From Candidatus Bathyarchaeota archaeon (GTDB lineage Archaea > Thermoproteota > Bathyarchaeia > Bathyarchaeales > Bathycorpusculaceae): DNA of 64,000 nucleotides. Where the stretch lies: positions 576,001 to 640,000 of the forward strand of contig CAWHDT010000005.1 in assembly GCA_963828195.1 (NCBI GenBank), given 5' to 3'. Below the pieces are notes generated by a model. The model worked only from the letters and a program-made list of their open reading frames with translations, did no database searches and had not been told where the DNA came from. Position numbers and translations under genes: made by a program. Below are positions 29,882-40,000 of this stretch, in pieces; positions within the stretch are counted from its first letter, which is position 1, and the number at the start of each line of letters is the position of its first letter.

Positions 29882-30313
29882 TTAGGGCAAGTTAATTTCT
29901 TGGTAATAGCTTGCTTGTTGTGTGTAAACTGTTATTGCCACAGTTTCATTTGGTGTGTAGTTAGCAATTGGAGTTATTAAGTTGACTTGGAGAGTGTCAG
30001 CGCTTTTAAAACCGTAGCTCATTTGATTTGGATCAATAATTTCTGTGCCATTGATGAAGGTCACAACGCTCGTTCCATGCATTTGGATTTTATCCAGTTT
30101 TTGTAAACTGGACCCCTGGTTAACTATTAATAAAGAGACATTGAAGTAACCGCTATTTTGTGAGATCCCTTGAACTTGAAGATTCAGGCTTTCTTGTATT
30201 ACAGGCCCTGGCGCAGGGGTTGCACCTGAAATAGCCATAGATATTAAAATCAATACGGCAAATACTATAAAAAATGAAATAACAACGACATTTGCCTTTG
30301 ACTTATTGTCCAC
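29882..30313 (-). CDS. N-terminally membrane-anchored hypothetical surface protein
   Basis: Single TM followed by a beta-rich domain with several N-X-S/T sequons. Confidence 0.65.
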   Translation of the reverse strand: MDNKSKANVVVISFFIVFAVLILISMAISGATPAPGPVIQESLNLQVQGISQNSGYFNVSLLIVNQGSSLQKLDKIQMHGTSVVTFINGTEIIDPNQMSYGFKSADTLQVNLITPIANYTPNETVAITVYTQQASYYQEINLP

Positions 30314-30619
30314 ACTTCTCGCCTTTAACAGTCAGAGAGGTAAAGCCACGATTTTATGGCTCAGGTGTATTTTCGCCGACAGACATATTTTAAGATTAAA
30401 CAGTTAACAAGGACTTAACCAAAACTCGCTTGGAGAGTAGGGATTAATCTTTCTTTTTTGAATGTTTCTTAAGAGAATGCCGCTCCATCACTGACCCCAC
30501 ATTAGCTCCGACATGCCCCTCGAAAGCCAAATTGCTATTTTTCCACCTGAAAGCTTTTACCTGTTTTTTGCCTGTTGCTATCTCTTTTTTAATTTGAGTT
30601 CTTTTCTTATTAGTACTCA

Positions 30620-30909
30620 TATTAAGCCTCTCGAGTAGCGGGCGCTTTAAGTCCTTTGTTGAACTGCCCAATCCAACAAGAGCAGTCTACACTAATCAAT
30701 TCTGTCGGACTCATCGCGTAGGTTTTCTGTGTCAAGTCCAAGGATAAATCCTTCGGTCTCTTTTATGGGGGGCGCACGGGGGGGATGTACTGGATGATTC
30801 AATGTTTAGCCATTGCGACCATTTTGTCTCCAGGTTTAATTCCCAAAGTTTTTCGTGTTTTTTCTGGAATAATAACTTGAAATTTTTTTGAAACCGTTAC
30901 AGTTTCCAT
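30620..30909 (-). pseudogene. Decayed AbrB antitoxin plus VapC remnant
   Basis: METVTVSKKFQVIIPEKTRKTLGIKPGDKM...KH* with a stop and frameshifts, followed by LISVDCSCWI (PIN N-terminus remnant). Confidence 0.7.
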
Positions 30910-30957
30910 TGTTCATCCATTAGCCAATGCTTTTCAATCGATATAACTGTGTTGCGT

Positions 30958-31320
30958 TTAACGTTTAGAATAATCTGTTAAGCCCAACCGGTTGCCGAAT
31001 GGATCTTCAAACTCAACCGCCAACCCAGTGTGAATCGCGAAGGGTTCAGACAGAAACTTTAGTCCTTTAGCGCTGAGCCGCTTATACTCTTCCTGAACGT
31101 TAGCCACGACAAACCAGATGGTGGGTTTTGTCTCTGGGAACTTGCCTATATCTTTCAGGATGATTGCAGGTTCGTTGTCGCCGACTTTGAAAGCTATCAT
31201 ACCCATGTTTGAGAAGTCAAATTTAACGGGCAGCCCCAGAAGGTTCTGGTAGAATTCTCTGCCCTTCTTCAGGTCGCTGCTCGGCAAAAAGAAATTATCG
31301 TAGTTTATCAAGGATTTCAC
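30958..31320 (-). CDS. VOC/glyoxalase family protein
   Basis: FYQNLLGL, FEDPFGNRLGL. Confidence 0.9.
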   Translation of the reverse strand: MKSLINYDNFFLPSSDLKKGREFYQNLLGLPVKFDFSNMGMIAFKVGDNEPAIILKDIGKFPETKPTIWFVVANVQEEYKRLSAKGLKFLSEPFAIHTGLAVEFEDPFGNRLGLTDYSKR

Positions 31321-31376
31321 TTCGAGATTGTTCTGTAGAAAGCGCTTATTAATTTTTCACAACCCCGGCGAAAAAC

Positions 31377-32105
31377 TTAAGATGTTTTAGGGGCAGACGA
31401 ATTGGCTTCCTGTTTTTTGTAAAACAAAAGCGCTGGAAGGAACGCAACAATCGTGAAAGCTGAGTTGAATATGTACCCGCTCATTTTGACTGCAGCGCTA
31501 TTGCCCGAAACTAGCGGTAATGCAACTGGTGAGGAGGGGAACCAGCTGGGCGCAAAAAACTGGGGGTACCCAGCATAAATCCAGAGCAGATATATTCCGC
31601 CGCCAATCAGCGCCGTTAAAACGAGGTATCTGTTGAGCCTCATGTACTTGTAGGCTGCAAACGGCAGGCTTATCATAATGAGGTTCCAGTACAGCGGGTA
31701 CGTCGCTGCTGAAGTGTTAAAGTTAAAGTTCAAAGTGAAGAGAGTGCTGGCAACCGCGCTTGGCATTCGTGCTTGGGCAAAGCCGAAATGGTAGAGGCCC
31801 TGTTGCAACCAAATTCCAGCGACAACACACGCTACAGCCACAAAAAATCTTTCATATCCCACGCCTTGTCGCCTGAGAAAAAACTCTGCAAGAACAAACA
31901 CGAGCACATAAATAATGACCGAGCTTGTAAGAACCGCCGCTGAAGAAGTGCTGTCGCCTGAAAAAACAAACGAGTGCCCCCTCCAAATCAACACGACAGC
32001 AAGCGCCAATAGGCAGGCAGCCTCAAACCAGTTTACCCGAAACCAGTTTTTAACCCTACCGAAAATCAATGATTGCGACACGGAGAAACTCGTCCCATTT
32101 AGCAC
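31377..32105 (-). CDS. Hypothetical polytopic membrane protein
   Basis: 242 aa with about six TM segments. Confidence 0.75.
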   Translation of the reverse strand: MLNGTSFSVSQSLIFGRVKNWFRVNWFEAACLLALAVVLIWRGHSFVFSGDSTSSAAVLTSSVIIYVLVFVLAEFFLRRQGVGYERFFVAVACVVAGIWLQQGLYHFGFAQARMPSAVASTLFTLNFNFNTSAATYPLYWNLIMISLPFAAYKYMRLNRYLVLTALIGGGIYLLWIYAGYPQFFAPSWFPSSPVALPLVSGNSAAVKMSGYIFNSAFTIVAFLPALLFYKKQEANSSAPKTS

Positions 32106-32169
32106 TACAGCTAGTTTGGATAAAGATGGGTTTAAGATTTGTGGTTTCGCGTCGCTTTGGAAGAAATGG

Positions 32170-32279
32170 TGGTGCCGGGAACGGGATTCGAGCCCGTGAC
32201 TTCTGGTTGTAGGACGCTTGCCCCTTACAAACTCCAGATTATGAGTCTGGCGCCCTAGCCAGGCTGAGGCTACCCCGGC
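32170..32279 (-). tRNA. tRNA-Met(CAT), elongator type, 31-nt intron at 45/46 (32201-32231), CCA encoded
   Basis: GCCGGGG/TCCCGGC acceptor stem; CCAGA-CTCATAA-TCTGG anticodon arm; BHB-type excision restores variable loop AGGTC. Confidence 0.92.
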
Positions 32280-32485
32280 ACCTAAATTGCCGCCGTTTTT
32301 GGTGGCTGAAATGATTTAGTTTGTTTTCCATCATTTAAACTTTTAAAAACATCGTCAAGATTTGTTTATTCAACAATCATTTGGGCAGCCGCATGGAAAA
32401 ACCGGGCAGCAACATAAAATAAGCGTTTTAGGAACATAAAATTTATTGGAGCGGAAAACGCAAGGTAGTATGTGGTGAATGCTGT

Positions 32486-33079
32486 ATGTCTTCTGATAAT
32501 GAGGATTACCCTGATTGGATAAAGAAGAGGCGTTCTAAAGAACCCTTTTTCGGTGACATAGATGACATGTTCCGCGAAATGGAAAAGATGATGGATGAAG
32601 AGCTGAAAAACTTCGCTGATAATGTGCCCAAAGAATATGTTAAGGAGCGTAAACTGCCCGACGGAAGTACAGTTAAGGAGCTTGGACCCTTCGTTTACGG
32701 TTACAGCTTGAAGATTGGGCCCGATGGAAAACCGGAAATTCAAGAGTTTGGAAACATCAAAAAAAGCCTCAAAGGAGCGCCGCAGGTCAAAGAAGAACGG
32801 GAGCCGCTGGTTGACATCGTGGAAACAAACGGCGAAGTCCATGTGGTGGTGGAGCTTCCAGGAGTAGAAAAAAGCGACATAAAGCTTCACGGCACTGAAG
32901 ATTCAATAACGATTTCGGTTGATACTCCCCAGTACAAGTACTATAAAGACGTTGAGTTGCCCGTGAAAGTTAAGGTTAGAGAAGCAACCTCAAGCTACAA
33001 GAACGGCGTCTTAGAAGTGGTGCTTCCAAAAGCAGAACCGGAAAAGAACCCGAAGGGAGAACCCATCGGCATAACCTAA
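32486..33079 (+). CDS. Archaeal small heat-shock protein Hsp20
   Basis: GPFVYGYS...GPDGKP, EREPLVD, ELPGV, YKNGVLEV. Confidence 0.95.
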   Translation: MSSDNEDYPDWIKKRRSKEPFFGDIDDMFREMEKMMDEELKNFADNVPKEYVKERKLPDGSTVKELGPFVYGYSLKIGPDGKPEIQEFGNIKKSLKGAPQVKEEREPLVDIVETNGEVHVVVELPGVEKSDIKLHGTEDSITISVDTPQYKYYKDVELPVKVKVREATSSYKNGVLEVVLPKAEPEKNPKGEPIGIT

Positions 33080-33116
33080 AAGCTAATTACCTATCCTTTC
33101 CAGTTGCGAGTACACA

Positions 33117-33527
33117 ATGGACGAGAATTCAGAGATAGATACGTTAAACGCTATTTGTCGAGAAGCAAAATCAGCGGGCAAACTGTCAGGCAACAACCTG
33201 ACGGAGCTCTACGAGCTTTTCGGGTCCAGATTCACAAAAGCCTTAGATGCATTAAAAGAGAACCGAGTGAAAAAATACGTTTTTAAGCCAAGCGGAAGAA
33301 CAGTTTGGATAGTTATCGGCAGAGAACGCGATTACCTGATTATGCCAGAAGCCGAGTTTTGCACGTGCGACGACTTCTATTTTCGGGTTTTAGACAAAAA
33401 AGTTCACATGTGCTATCATCTTTTGACGCAGAAGATCGCGCAGAATCTAGGCTGGTTTGAAACCATCGAGGAAAATGATGAGTGCTTTGACATGTTGATG
33501 AATGAGTGGAAAAAAGCGACACCTTAA
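33117..33527 (+). CDS. SWIM zinc-finger protein
   Basis: VKKYVFKPSG, FCTCDDF...CYH. Confidence 0.88.
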   Translation: MDENSEIDTLNAICREAKSAGKLSGNNLTELYELFGSRFTKALDALKENRVKKYVFKPSGRTVWIVIGRERDYLIMPEAEFCTCDDFYFRVLDKKVHMCYHLLTQKIAQNLGWFETIEENDECFDMLMNEWKKATP

Positions 33528-33572
33528 ATATTTAGATGCTACAAGGATAAGTAAAATGCAAGGAGAATCTCT

Positions 33573-33695
33573 ATGGATTTAGGCGCTTACTTCCAAACTT
33601 TAGAATACGTCGCAATGGGCTCAGTATTTATTTCTCTGGTACTAATCTTCCTCTACGCATATTACGGCAAAGATGAAGAGATAGTAAACGAGTAA
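33573..33695 (+). CDS. Small single-TM protein (40 aa)
   Basis: AGGAGA upstream; MDLGAYFQTLEYVAMGSVFISLVLIFLYAYYGKDEEIVNE; fills the intergenic gap. Confidence 0.6.
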   Translation: MDLGAYFQTLEYVAMGSVFISLVLIFLYAYYGKDEEIVNE

Positions 33696-33709
33696 CCCGT
33701 TTTCCGCTT

Positions 33710-34006
33710 CTAACTGTTAAACCCAATTCTTCTTCTATTCATAACCAAAAAGAACACTATACTCAAAACTGCAAGAATTATACCAATCACAATCAGCCAG
33801 ACAGCATTGGGCCCTGAACCAAAAACAATTGGGAATGGACCGATAAAAATAACAACGCCAGCACTTCCTGAACCCCCAAAAAACGCTGATGCAACCGCTA
33901 AAACCACTATGCCCACGAAAACGAGGGCAATTCCCAAAATCAAAAAACCAAAAAGTCTACTGGATACAGGGGTGCCTTCGTCTTCATTTTCCTGCTCACT
34001 TAACAC
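33710..34006 (-). CDS. DUF131-type membrane protein
   Basis: GVVIFIGPFPIVFG. Confidence 0.85.
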   Translation of the reverse strand: MLSEQENEDEGTPVSSRLFGFLILGIALVFVGIVVLAVASAFFGGSGSAGVVIFIGPFPIVFGSGPNAVWLIVIGIILAVLSIVFFLVMNRRRIGFNS

Positions 34007-34011
34007 GGCGT

Positions 34012-34272
34012 TTACCTCAAAACCCAGAAATATATCACCATTGCAATCACGACGACTACGGTAAGAGCTAAAGCAAGAGCCAAAACAGATTTAACTAATT
34101 TCTTATCAGTGTCAAAAATTATCGGAATAGGACCAATCATAATTACGCCTGCGGCCTTGACCTTGCCTTTTCCAGCGCCGCGCATCGAAACTAAGATAAT
34201 GGCTACAACAATAATGATGATTCCCGCGGCAACCAACGCTAATCCGAATGCATAAAAAACCGCAAGATCCAC
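34012..34272 (-). CDS. DUF131-type membrane protein (paralog)
   Basis: AGVIMIGPIPIIF; probable GTG start at 34272. Confidence 0.85.
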   Translation of the reverse strand: MDLAVFYAFGLALVAAGIIIIVVAIILVSMRGAGKGKVKAAGVIMIGPIPIIFDTDKKLVKSVLALALALTVVVVIAMVIYFWVLR

Positions 34273-34393
34273 TTGTTTTTTCCTCCAGCAGCTCCCACTA
34301 GTATGAAACTGCGTTTTTAATAAATATAGCAATTCGCGGGTGAAAACGCAAAAAATTAAAAGCCCCTGCATATCTTAATCGTGTCGGCGCAAA

Positions 34394-35548
34394 ATGAGCA
34401 CACAGGACTTAATTGGCAAGATTCTTGCAAAAAACCCAGAGATCAGCCAAGCGCAAATTCTCGAGAAATTACAGGCTGAAAAATCCAGAACCGGCGGTTT
34501 ACTTGGTGACGAGACGCTTCTAAGATTGATCGCCGCCAGATACGGCGTTGAAGTACAACAAAACATAATAAGCAATACTGGAATCCTATCGACAAACCGC
34601 TTGTTCGCTGGCTTAAACGATGTTACTGTGGCAGGTCGGTTAATCGCGGTTTTTCCAGCACGAACCTTCGAAGGAGAGAAACCCGGCAAATTCGCAACGT
34701 TGATGCTTGCTGACCAAGACGGCGTTCTGCGTGTGGTGCTGTGGAATGATAAGGCGGATTTGGTTGAGAAGGGCGAGTTGAATGTTGGGCAGGCGGTTCG
34801 GCTGGTTCATGGGTACACGCGGCAGGATCGCTCGGGCAAAGTTGAGTTGCATCTTGGCGGCAAAAGCCAAATAGAAATTGAACCTAAAGAAAAAGCCGAC
34901 GAGTACCCAGGCATCGACAAGTTCGCCGCCAAAATAGGTTCCTTAAACAAAACTTCTGGAAACGTGCATCTTTCAGGTAACGTAAAAACGGTTTTAGGCT
35001 TAACAAAGTTCACTCGGACGGATCAAAGCGATGGGGCAGTTATGCGGTTCACTTTAGCAGATGAATCTGGGGAAGTGGCAGTGGTTGCTTGGAACGAAAA
35101 AGCCCAGGAATTAGAGAGAAACCTCAAAGTGAACGCGTGTTTGCAGTTGGGCAACGCTAAAGTTAAAGAAGCCCAAAATGGCGCCCTAGAAGTTCACGTT
35201 GACTTCACCAGTTTCGTCAATGTTCAAGCTGCCGCACCGCAGTTGACGAAAATATCCAGTTTAACTGAGAACCAAATAGCCAACGTTGAAGGAATAGTTG
35301 CAACGGTTCCTGAAAGCAAAGAAGTAAACACTTCGAAAGGAGAAACCGTGAAGCTGACGGTTTTTGAGTTAAAAGACGAGTCTGGCACCGTTCGGGTTTC
35401 GGCTTGGCGCCAACACTCGGAAGCGCTCAGCGGGTTAAAGGTTGGGGGCAAGTTGCTTTTGGAAAATGCTTATGTGAAAAAAGGTTTTGGGGGTAAAATG
35501 GAGTTATCCACCCGAAGTGCGACTGCCGTATCAATCATGCCGCCTTAA
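34394..35548 (+). CDS. rpa: Replication protein A (multi-OB-fold ssDNA-binding protein)
   Basis: Three OB folds (LADQDGVLRVVLW, LADESGEVAVVAW, LKDESGTVRVSAW). Confidence 0.88.
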   Translation: MSTQDLIGKILAKNPEISQAQILEKLQAEKSRTGGLLGDETLLRLIAARYGVEVQQNIISNTGILSTNRLFAGLNDVTVAGRLIAVFPARTFEGEKPGKFATLMLADQDGVLRVVLWNDKADLVEKGELNVGQAVRLVHGYTRQDRSGKVELHLGGKSQIEIEPKEKADEYPGIDKFAAKIGSLNKTSGNVHLSGNVKTVLGLTKFTRTDQSDGAVMRFTLADESGEVAVVAWNEKAQELERNLKVNACLQLGNAKVKEAQNGALEVHVDFTSFVNVQAAAPQLTKISSLTENQIANVEGIVATVPESKEVNTSKGETVKLTVFELKDESGTVRVSAWRQHSEALSGLKVGGKLLLENAYVKKGFGGKMELSTRSATAVSIMPP

Positions 35549-35613
35549 CTTTTCAGATACTACGCATTTGCCGTTTCGTTGTTTCGTCGATAATCAAGCA
35601 TTATGAACCGTTA

Positions 35614-36183
35614 TTATGCACTCTTGGGCTGCCTTTTTGTTCTGGGTCTTGTAATCTTACGTTTTTGCCTTTTCGCATTCTCGTCAGTTGCGGATTTTGT
35701 CAAAAAGAATTGTTTTAAGTTTACTGACCAAGGGAGTTTTTGGCAGTATGCTTCAGCTGTTGGAAAAACTGCTTTCACACGGTCAAAACGCTTCTTTCCC
35801 CCAATTTTCTCTCCAAGCATTATAACATCCTTTGGCTTGCTGAAGTGTTCAACTTTGCCGTCTTCACGTTTCCGCTCGATTTTTATGCAGTCATCAACCA
35901 TGCAGTTCAGCACGCAGGCGCCGCAGTAGACGCATAGGTCCTCGGTGATTCCTATTTCGCCAGTTTTCCAGTATAAAGCGTTAGTTGGGCAGGCTTTAAC
36001 GCATAACTTGCATTGGACGCCCGCGCAGGTGTATTTGTTTACGCTGATGTTTCCTTCTTTGAAAAGTTCTTTTACGCCTGTTGGCTCCAAAAGCTCTTTT
36101 CTGCGCTTCTTTTTCGCCTCTTCAGGAGTATCTTCTGACATTAAGCCGAATATGTCAACGTTAGAAACGCTTTTCTCAGGCAT
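35614..36183 (-). CDS. 2x[4Fe-4S] ferredoxin-domain protein
   Basis: CAGVQCKLCVKACP; CVYCGACVLNC. Confidence 0.88.
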   Translation of the reverse strand: MPEKSVSNVDIFGLMSEDTPEEAKKKRRKELLEPTGVKELFKEGNISVNKYTCAGVQCKLCVKACPTNALYWKTGEIGITEDLCVYCGACVLNCMVDDCIKIERKREDGKVEHFSKPKDVIMLGEKIGGKKRFDRVKAVFPTAEAYCQKLPWSVNLKQFFLTKSATDENAKRQKRKITRPRTKRQPKSA

Positions 36184-36397
36184 TTGGGACCACAGCTGGA
36201 AATGGTTTAGTTTAGATACGTTTTATGATTATTATTACTTATCCATGTTTTAGCAGTTTTAACGCGGGCAATCAACACATTTTCCAGTTTAAGAAATTCT
36301 GTGCCTTTAGCCACAGATGCCTTTATAAAATTGGTTAATATTTTTAAAGACACAAGGAATTTTTAAATAATAAACATTTTTAAGAAAAAAACAAGCG

Positions 36398-37858
36398 GTG
36401 AAGAAAATGCAAAACTCCCAAAGCCAACCAACCGCCAATTCGCCAAAGCACAGCAACATAGTGTTGGGCATCGTGATGCTTGGAACCCTTATGGGCGCAC
36501 TTGACAGCACCATCGTCCTTCTGGCTTTTCCAACAATAAATGACAGCCTCCACTCCAACTTAGCAACTTCGCTTTGGATTATCCTCGCTTACCTTCTTGT
36601 CCTCGCCGTCGCAACAACGCAGATGGGCAGGATAGGAGACATCTACGGCAGAAGCAGAATGTTCAACTTGGGCTTTGTAATTTTCACTGTCGGCTCTGCT
36701 TTATGCGGTTTCTCAACTCACATCTACCTTCTAATCGGCTTTAGAGTAGTTCAAGCGGTTGGAGGAGCCCTCCTGCAAGCAACCAGCGGAGCCATAATAG
36801 CCGACTATTTCCCAAGAGAAAGACGCGGCAGAGCCTACGGCTACAATTCACTTGGCTTCACGGCTGGCGCAATGCTAGGAATCGTTTTAGGCGGAATAAT
36901 CACCACTTTTGTCAGCTGGCAATACATCTTTTTCATAAACATCCCAATCGGCATAATCGCAGTGATAGTGGGCATGAAATACATCAAGGACGCCGAAAAA
37001 ACATCCGCTAAACTGGATCTGGTCGGCATGGGGCTGCTTGGCTCATCATTGGTGCTGATCTCGTATGGTCTGGTGAATTTCGCGTCAAACGGTCTGAGCG
37101 TCTTCAACCTCTCTTTAACGGCTCTTGGAGCGGTGCTGATGCCCGTTTTTATATTGTTTGACCGCAGGATTAAAAATCCACTGATTGATTTTGAGGCACT
37201 TAAGGTTAGGGTTCTTAGAACTGCGCTTTTTTCATCTTTCTTCGTCAGTGTTGGCTACTTTTCTGTGGTGTTTCTGGTGATAATGTACCTGCAGGGTATA
37301 CGGGCGCTTTCCCCGTTGAATGCTTCTTTGCTGCTGGTGCCCGGATACGTGGCGGGGAGTTTTCTTGGTCCAATAATGGGCAGACTCTCCGACAAATACG
37401 GCTCAAGAGAAATCGCCACAATGGGCGTATTCTTCCTAGGCCTCGCCATAGTGATTTATTTAACGATGACCGCGACCTCGCCGCTCTACATTGCGCTTTT
37501 CGCTTCCGCAGTCTCAGGCTTAGGCACATCAATGTTCTTCCCAGCTAACAACAGCGCCGTTATGGCAAATGCACGAGCAGGGTCATTTGGCAGCATTTCT
37601 GGCTTACTTAGAACTGTTCAAAACATCGGGTTAGTGGGGAGCTACGTTTTGGCAATTTCGGTTGCGGCAGCGTCAATACCCAGGTATGTGGCTTTTGAAG
37701 TGTTTATCGGAACCAAAAGCCTCTCAGGCGGAGTCAGCCAAGCATTCATATCGGGCATAGACCATGCATTTTACGCCTCAATAGCTATACTAGTAATTGC
37801 AGGCATACTGTCATTTATCAGGGGCAAAGACGTAAGAAACCAAGCACCCGCCAAATGA
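36398..37858 (+). CDS. MFS transporter, DHA2 (14-TMS) family
   Basis: LDSTIV, GRIGDIYGR, WQYIFFINIPIG. Confidence 0.95.
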   Translation: MKKMQNSQSQPTANSPKHSNIVLGIVMLGTLMGALDSTIVLLAFPTINDSLHSNLATSLWIILAYLLVLAVATTQMGRIGDIYGRSRMFNLGFVIFTVGSALCGFSTHIYLLIGFRVVQAVGGALLQATSGAIIADYFPRERRGRAYGYNSLGFTAGAMLGIVLGGIITTFVSWQYIFFINIPIGIIAVIVGMKYIKDAEKTSAKLDLVGMGLLGSSLVLISYGLVNFASNGLSVFNLSLTALGAVLMPVFILFDRRIKNPLIDFEALKVRVLRTALFSSFFVSVGYFSVVFLVIMYLQGIRALSPLNASLLLVPGYVAGSFLGPIMGRLSDKYGSREIATMGVFFLGLAIVIYLTMTATSPLYIALFASAVSGLGTSMFFPANNSAVMANARAGSFGSISGLLRTVQNIGLVGSYVLAISVAAASIPRYVAFEVFIGTKSLSGGVSQAFISGIDHAFYASIAILVIAGILSFIRGKDVRNQAPAK

Positions 37859-37939
37859 GCACCTGTCATGCCAAAAAACCTAATTAATCATCCAAAACAT
37901 TATCCTTAAACCATGACTTAGCAGTCCGGGTGATGTAGC

Positions 37940-38896
37940 TTGAGTAAACTAAAATTTGGAGTTTTTCTTCCGTTCTATGCGTTCCAAACAAAAGAGCCCG
38001 GGCTCAATTTCAGCTTTATTCGAGATGCGGCGTTGGAGTGTGAACGTTTAGGCTACGATTCAGTTTGGCTTGACGACCACCTTATGTTTGGTGACTGGCC
38101 AATTCTTGATTGCTGGATGACTCTCTCAGCGCTTGCCCCGTTAACCAGCAAGATACGGTTGGGAACCATGGTTTCCTGCAACGCCCATCGAAACCCAGCT
38201 TTGCTTGCCAAAGCCGCTGCCACCCTGGATGTCTTGTCAAACGGCAGGTTAGAATTTGGCATCGGCGCGGGCACCCAAGAAAACGAGCACGTCGCTTACG
38301 GTTTAGGTTATCCACCGCTAAACGTCAGGGTGCAGCGTTTGGCTGAGGGTTTAGAGGTGATAAAACGTCTTTGGATTCAACCAAAAGCAAACTTTGAGGG
38401 ACAACACTATGCGCTGAAAGATGCCGTTTGCGAGCCTAAACCCGTCCAGAAACCTTATCCGCCTATAACTGTGGGCGGAAGCGGCGAACTGCTAATGCGG
38501 AAAGCAACCGCCCCGTATGCAGACAGGTTCGACTGGGGCTTCTTACCATCCATTGAAGCCTACAAGCATAAGGTGGAGGTTCTTGAGGAACAATGCAAAG
38601 CAGTTGGCAGAGATTTTGGCGAAGTTGAGAAGTCCTGCTGGCCTGGCGGCCAAGTATTAATTGCTCATAATCAAAAAGACCTCGGCGAAAAGATTTCCAA
38701 GCGAAAACCCGCAAACATCGGCTCTGAGGATTTCAGAAAAACACTTTTGGCGGGAACTCCAGATGAATGCATTTTGCAGCTGCGCCGATATGTGGATTTG
38801 GGTGTGACTTACTTTATGTTGTTTTTCGGTGATTTCCCGAGTTTAGATGGTTTGAAGCTGTTTGCTGAAGAAGTTGTTGGGAAAATGAAGGGTTAG
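37940..38896 (+). CDS. LLM-class flavin/F420-dependent oxidoreductase
   Basis: GYDSVWLDDH, RNPALLAK, DVLSNGRLEFGIGAG, PKPVQKP. Confidence 0.93.
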   Translation: MSKLKFGVFLPFYAFQTKEPGLNFSFIRDAALECERLGYDSVWLDDHLMFGDWPILDCWMTLSALAPLTSKIRLGTMVSCNAHRNPALLAKAAATLDVLSNGRLEFGIGAGTQENEHVAYGLGYPPLNVRVQRLAEGLEVIKRLWIQPKANFEGQHYALKDAVCEPKPVQKPYPPITVGGSGELLMRKATAPYADRFDWGFLPSIEAYKHKVEVLEEQCKAVGRDFGEVEKSCWPGGQVLIAHNQKDLGEKISKRKPANIGSEDFRKTLLAGTPDECILQLRRYVDLGVTYFMLFFGDFPSLDGLKLFAEEVVGKMKG

Positions 38897-39249
38897 AGGT
38901 CGCCTCTGGCGATGTGAGATAATTCATGCAGAATAATTTGGTTTAAGCTATTGTAGGGTTTTTCCCTGACAAGGATCACGTATTCAGCGTCTTCGGTTTC
39001 TTCAGCGTTAAAGACGCAGGCATCAGTGCCGCTGGTTGAAAGAACCCTGCCCCACTCCTCAATCTCGCGCAAATCATCTTCAACGCATTGCCTATGCTCG
39101 ATCACATGGTTAAAATCTTCATCGCTTAACTTGAGCGCTTTAACTTTAGGCAGCGGCTTACGCGACAGGGTTCTCCACGCCTTAACAAGCTGCCTTTTAC
39201 GTATGGGCTTAGCTGCCTTTTTGATTTCGACGCCTTCAACTAAAACCAT
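38893..39249 (-). CDS. Hypothetical protein with C-terminal HExxH motif
   Basis: ILHELSH near the C-terminus. Confidence 0.7.
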   Translation of the reverse strand: MVLVEGVEIKKAAKPIRKRQLVKAWRTLSRKPLPKVKALKLSDEDFNHVIEHRQCVEDDLREIEEWGRVLSTSGTDACVFNAEETEDAEYVILVREKPYNSLNQIILHELSHIARGDL

Positions 39250-39484
39250 AAAAGCACTTCCAAAAATCAGGCTTCACGCAGAAAAACAACATGCCTAATC
39301 AAAGTCTGGCAACAATAAGAACAAGGGCTTTTACCGTAAAAACATTTGCAGTAGTTACGCTACTACCACAACCAGAGTTTTAAACGGGGGACTAAAAAAA
39401 CTAAATAGAGCTCAAAAGCTGCACATGATTTTTGGCATTTATATAAATAATAAAGAGATGTTAGCGTACAATGTTAAATAAGTT

Positions 39485-39919
39485 TTATTTACGGTGCATT
39501 TCTACTTGTTCTTTTAGCGCTTTATTCATTTCATTGAATCCGCGTAGCGTGTCTTTCTCCAGGCTTTTAGCAAGAAGCCTGACGAAAAGCCCATTGAAGA
39601 GTTCTTTTTGTTCAAAGTGCGCTTTGTTATTTTCGACCGATTCAATTGTTAAGATGTGTTCTCCGTCAAAAAGCCCGTTAACCCAAAGATGACCGATCCA
39701 TCTTAGCTCTCTTGGCGGGTCAGCGTTGAGCACTGTCGGTTTGAAAGTAGATCCCTCGCGCCTGTGGGCTGAATGCCCACTTCAAGCTTCGCTCAGGTCA
39801 CCTTTTATCCAACGCATAAATGGGTTCCAATCGGGGAACTTTGCGAAATCCGTAAGCACTGACCAAACTTCTTCAGGTGAGGCGTTAATATCGATGCTAC
39901 TTGCTAATTCTTTCCTCAA
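39485..39919 (-). pseudogene. SRPBCC/START-domain protein, disrupted
   Basis: MRKELASSIDINASPEEVWSVLTDFAKFPDWNPF, then TGA within a short shifted segment, resuming FKPTVL...ELRWIG...LFDGEH. Confidence 0.8.
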
Positions 39920-40000
39920 AACTATACCCATATTATTTTTGGGTAAGGAGCGAATTAAGCTTATCTTTTCTTTCTGCCTTGGCGAAGTTTCTGGGGTAGC

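Noticed and set aside
39770-39800. In-frame TGA in the SRPBCC gene as possible selenocysteine
   Set aside because: Lies within a short compensated frameshift/deletion, not at a conserved Cys position
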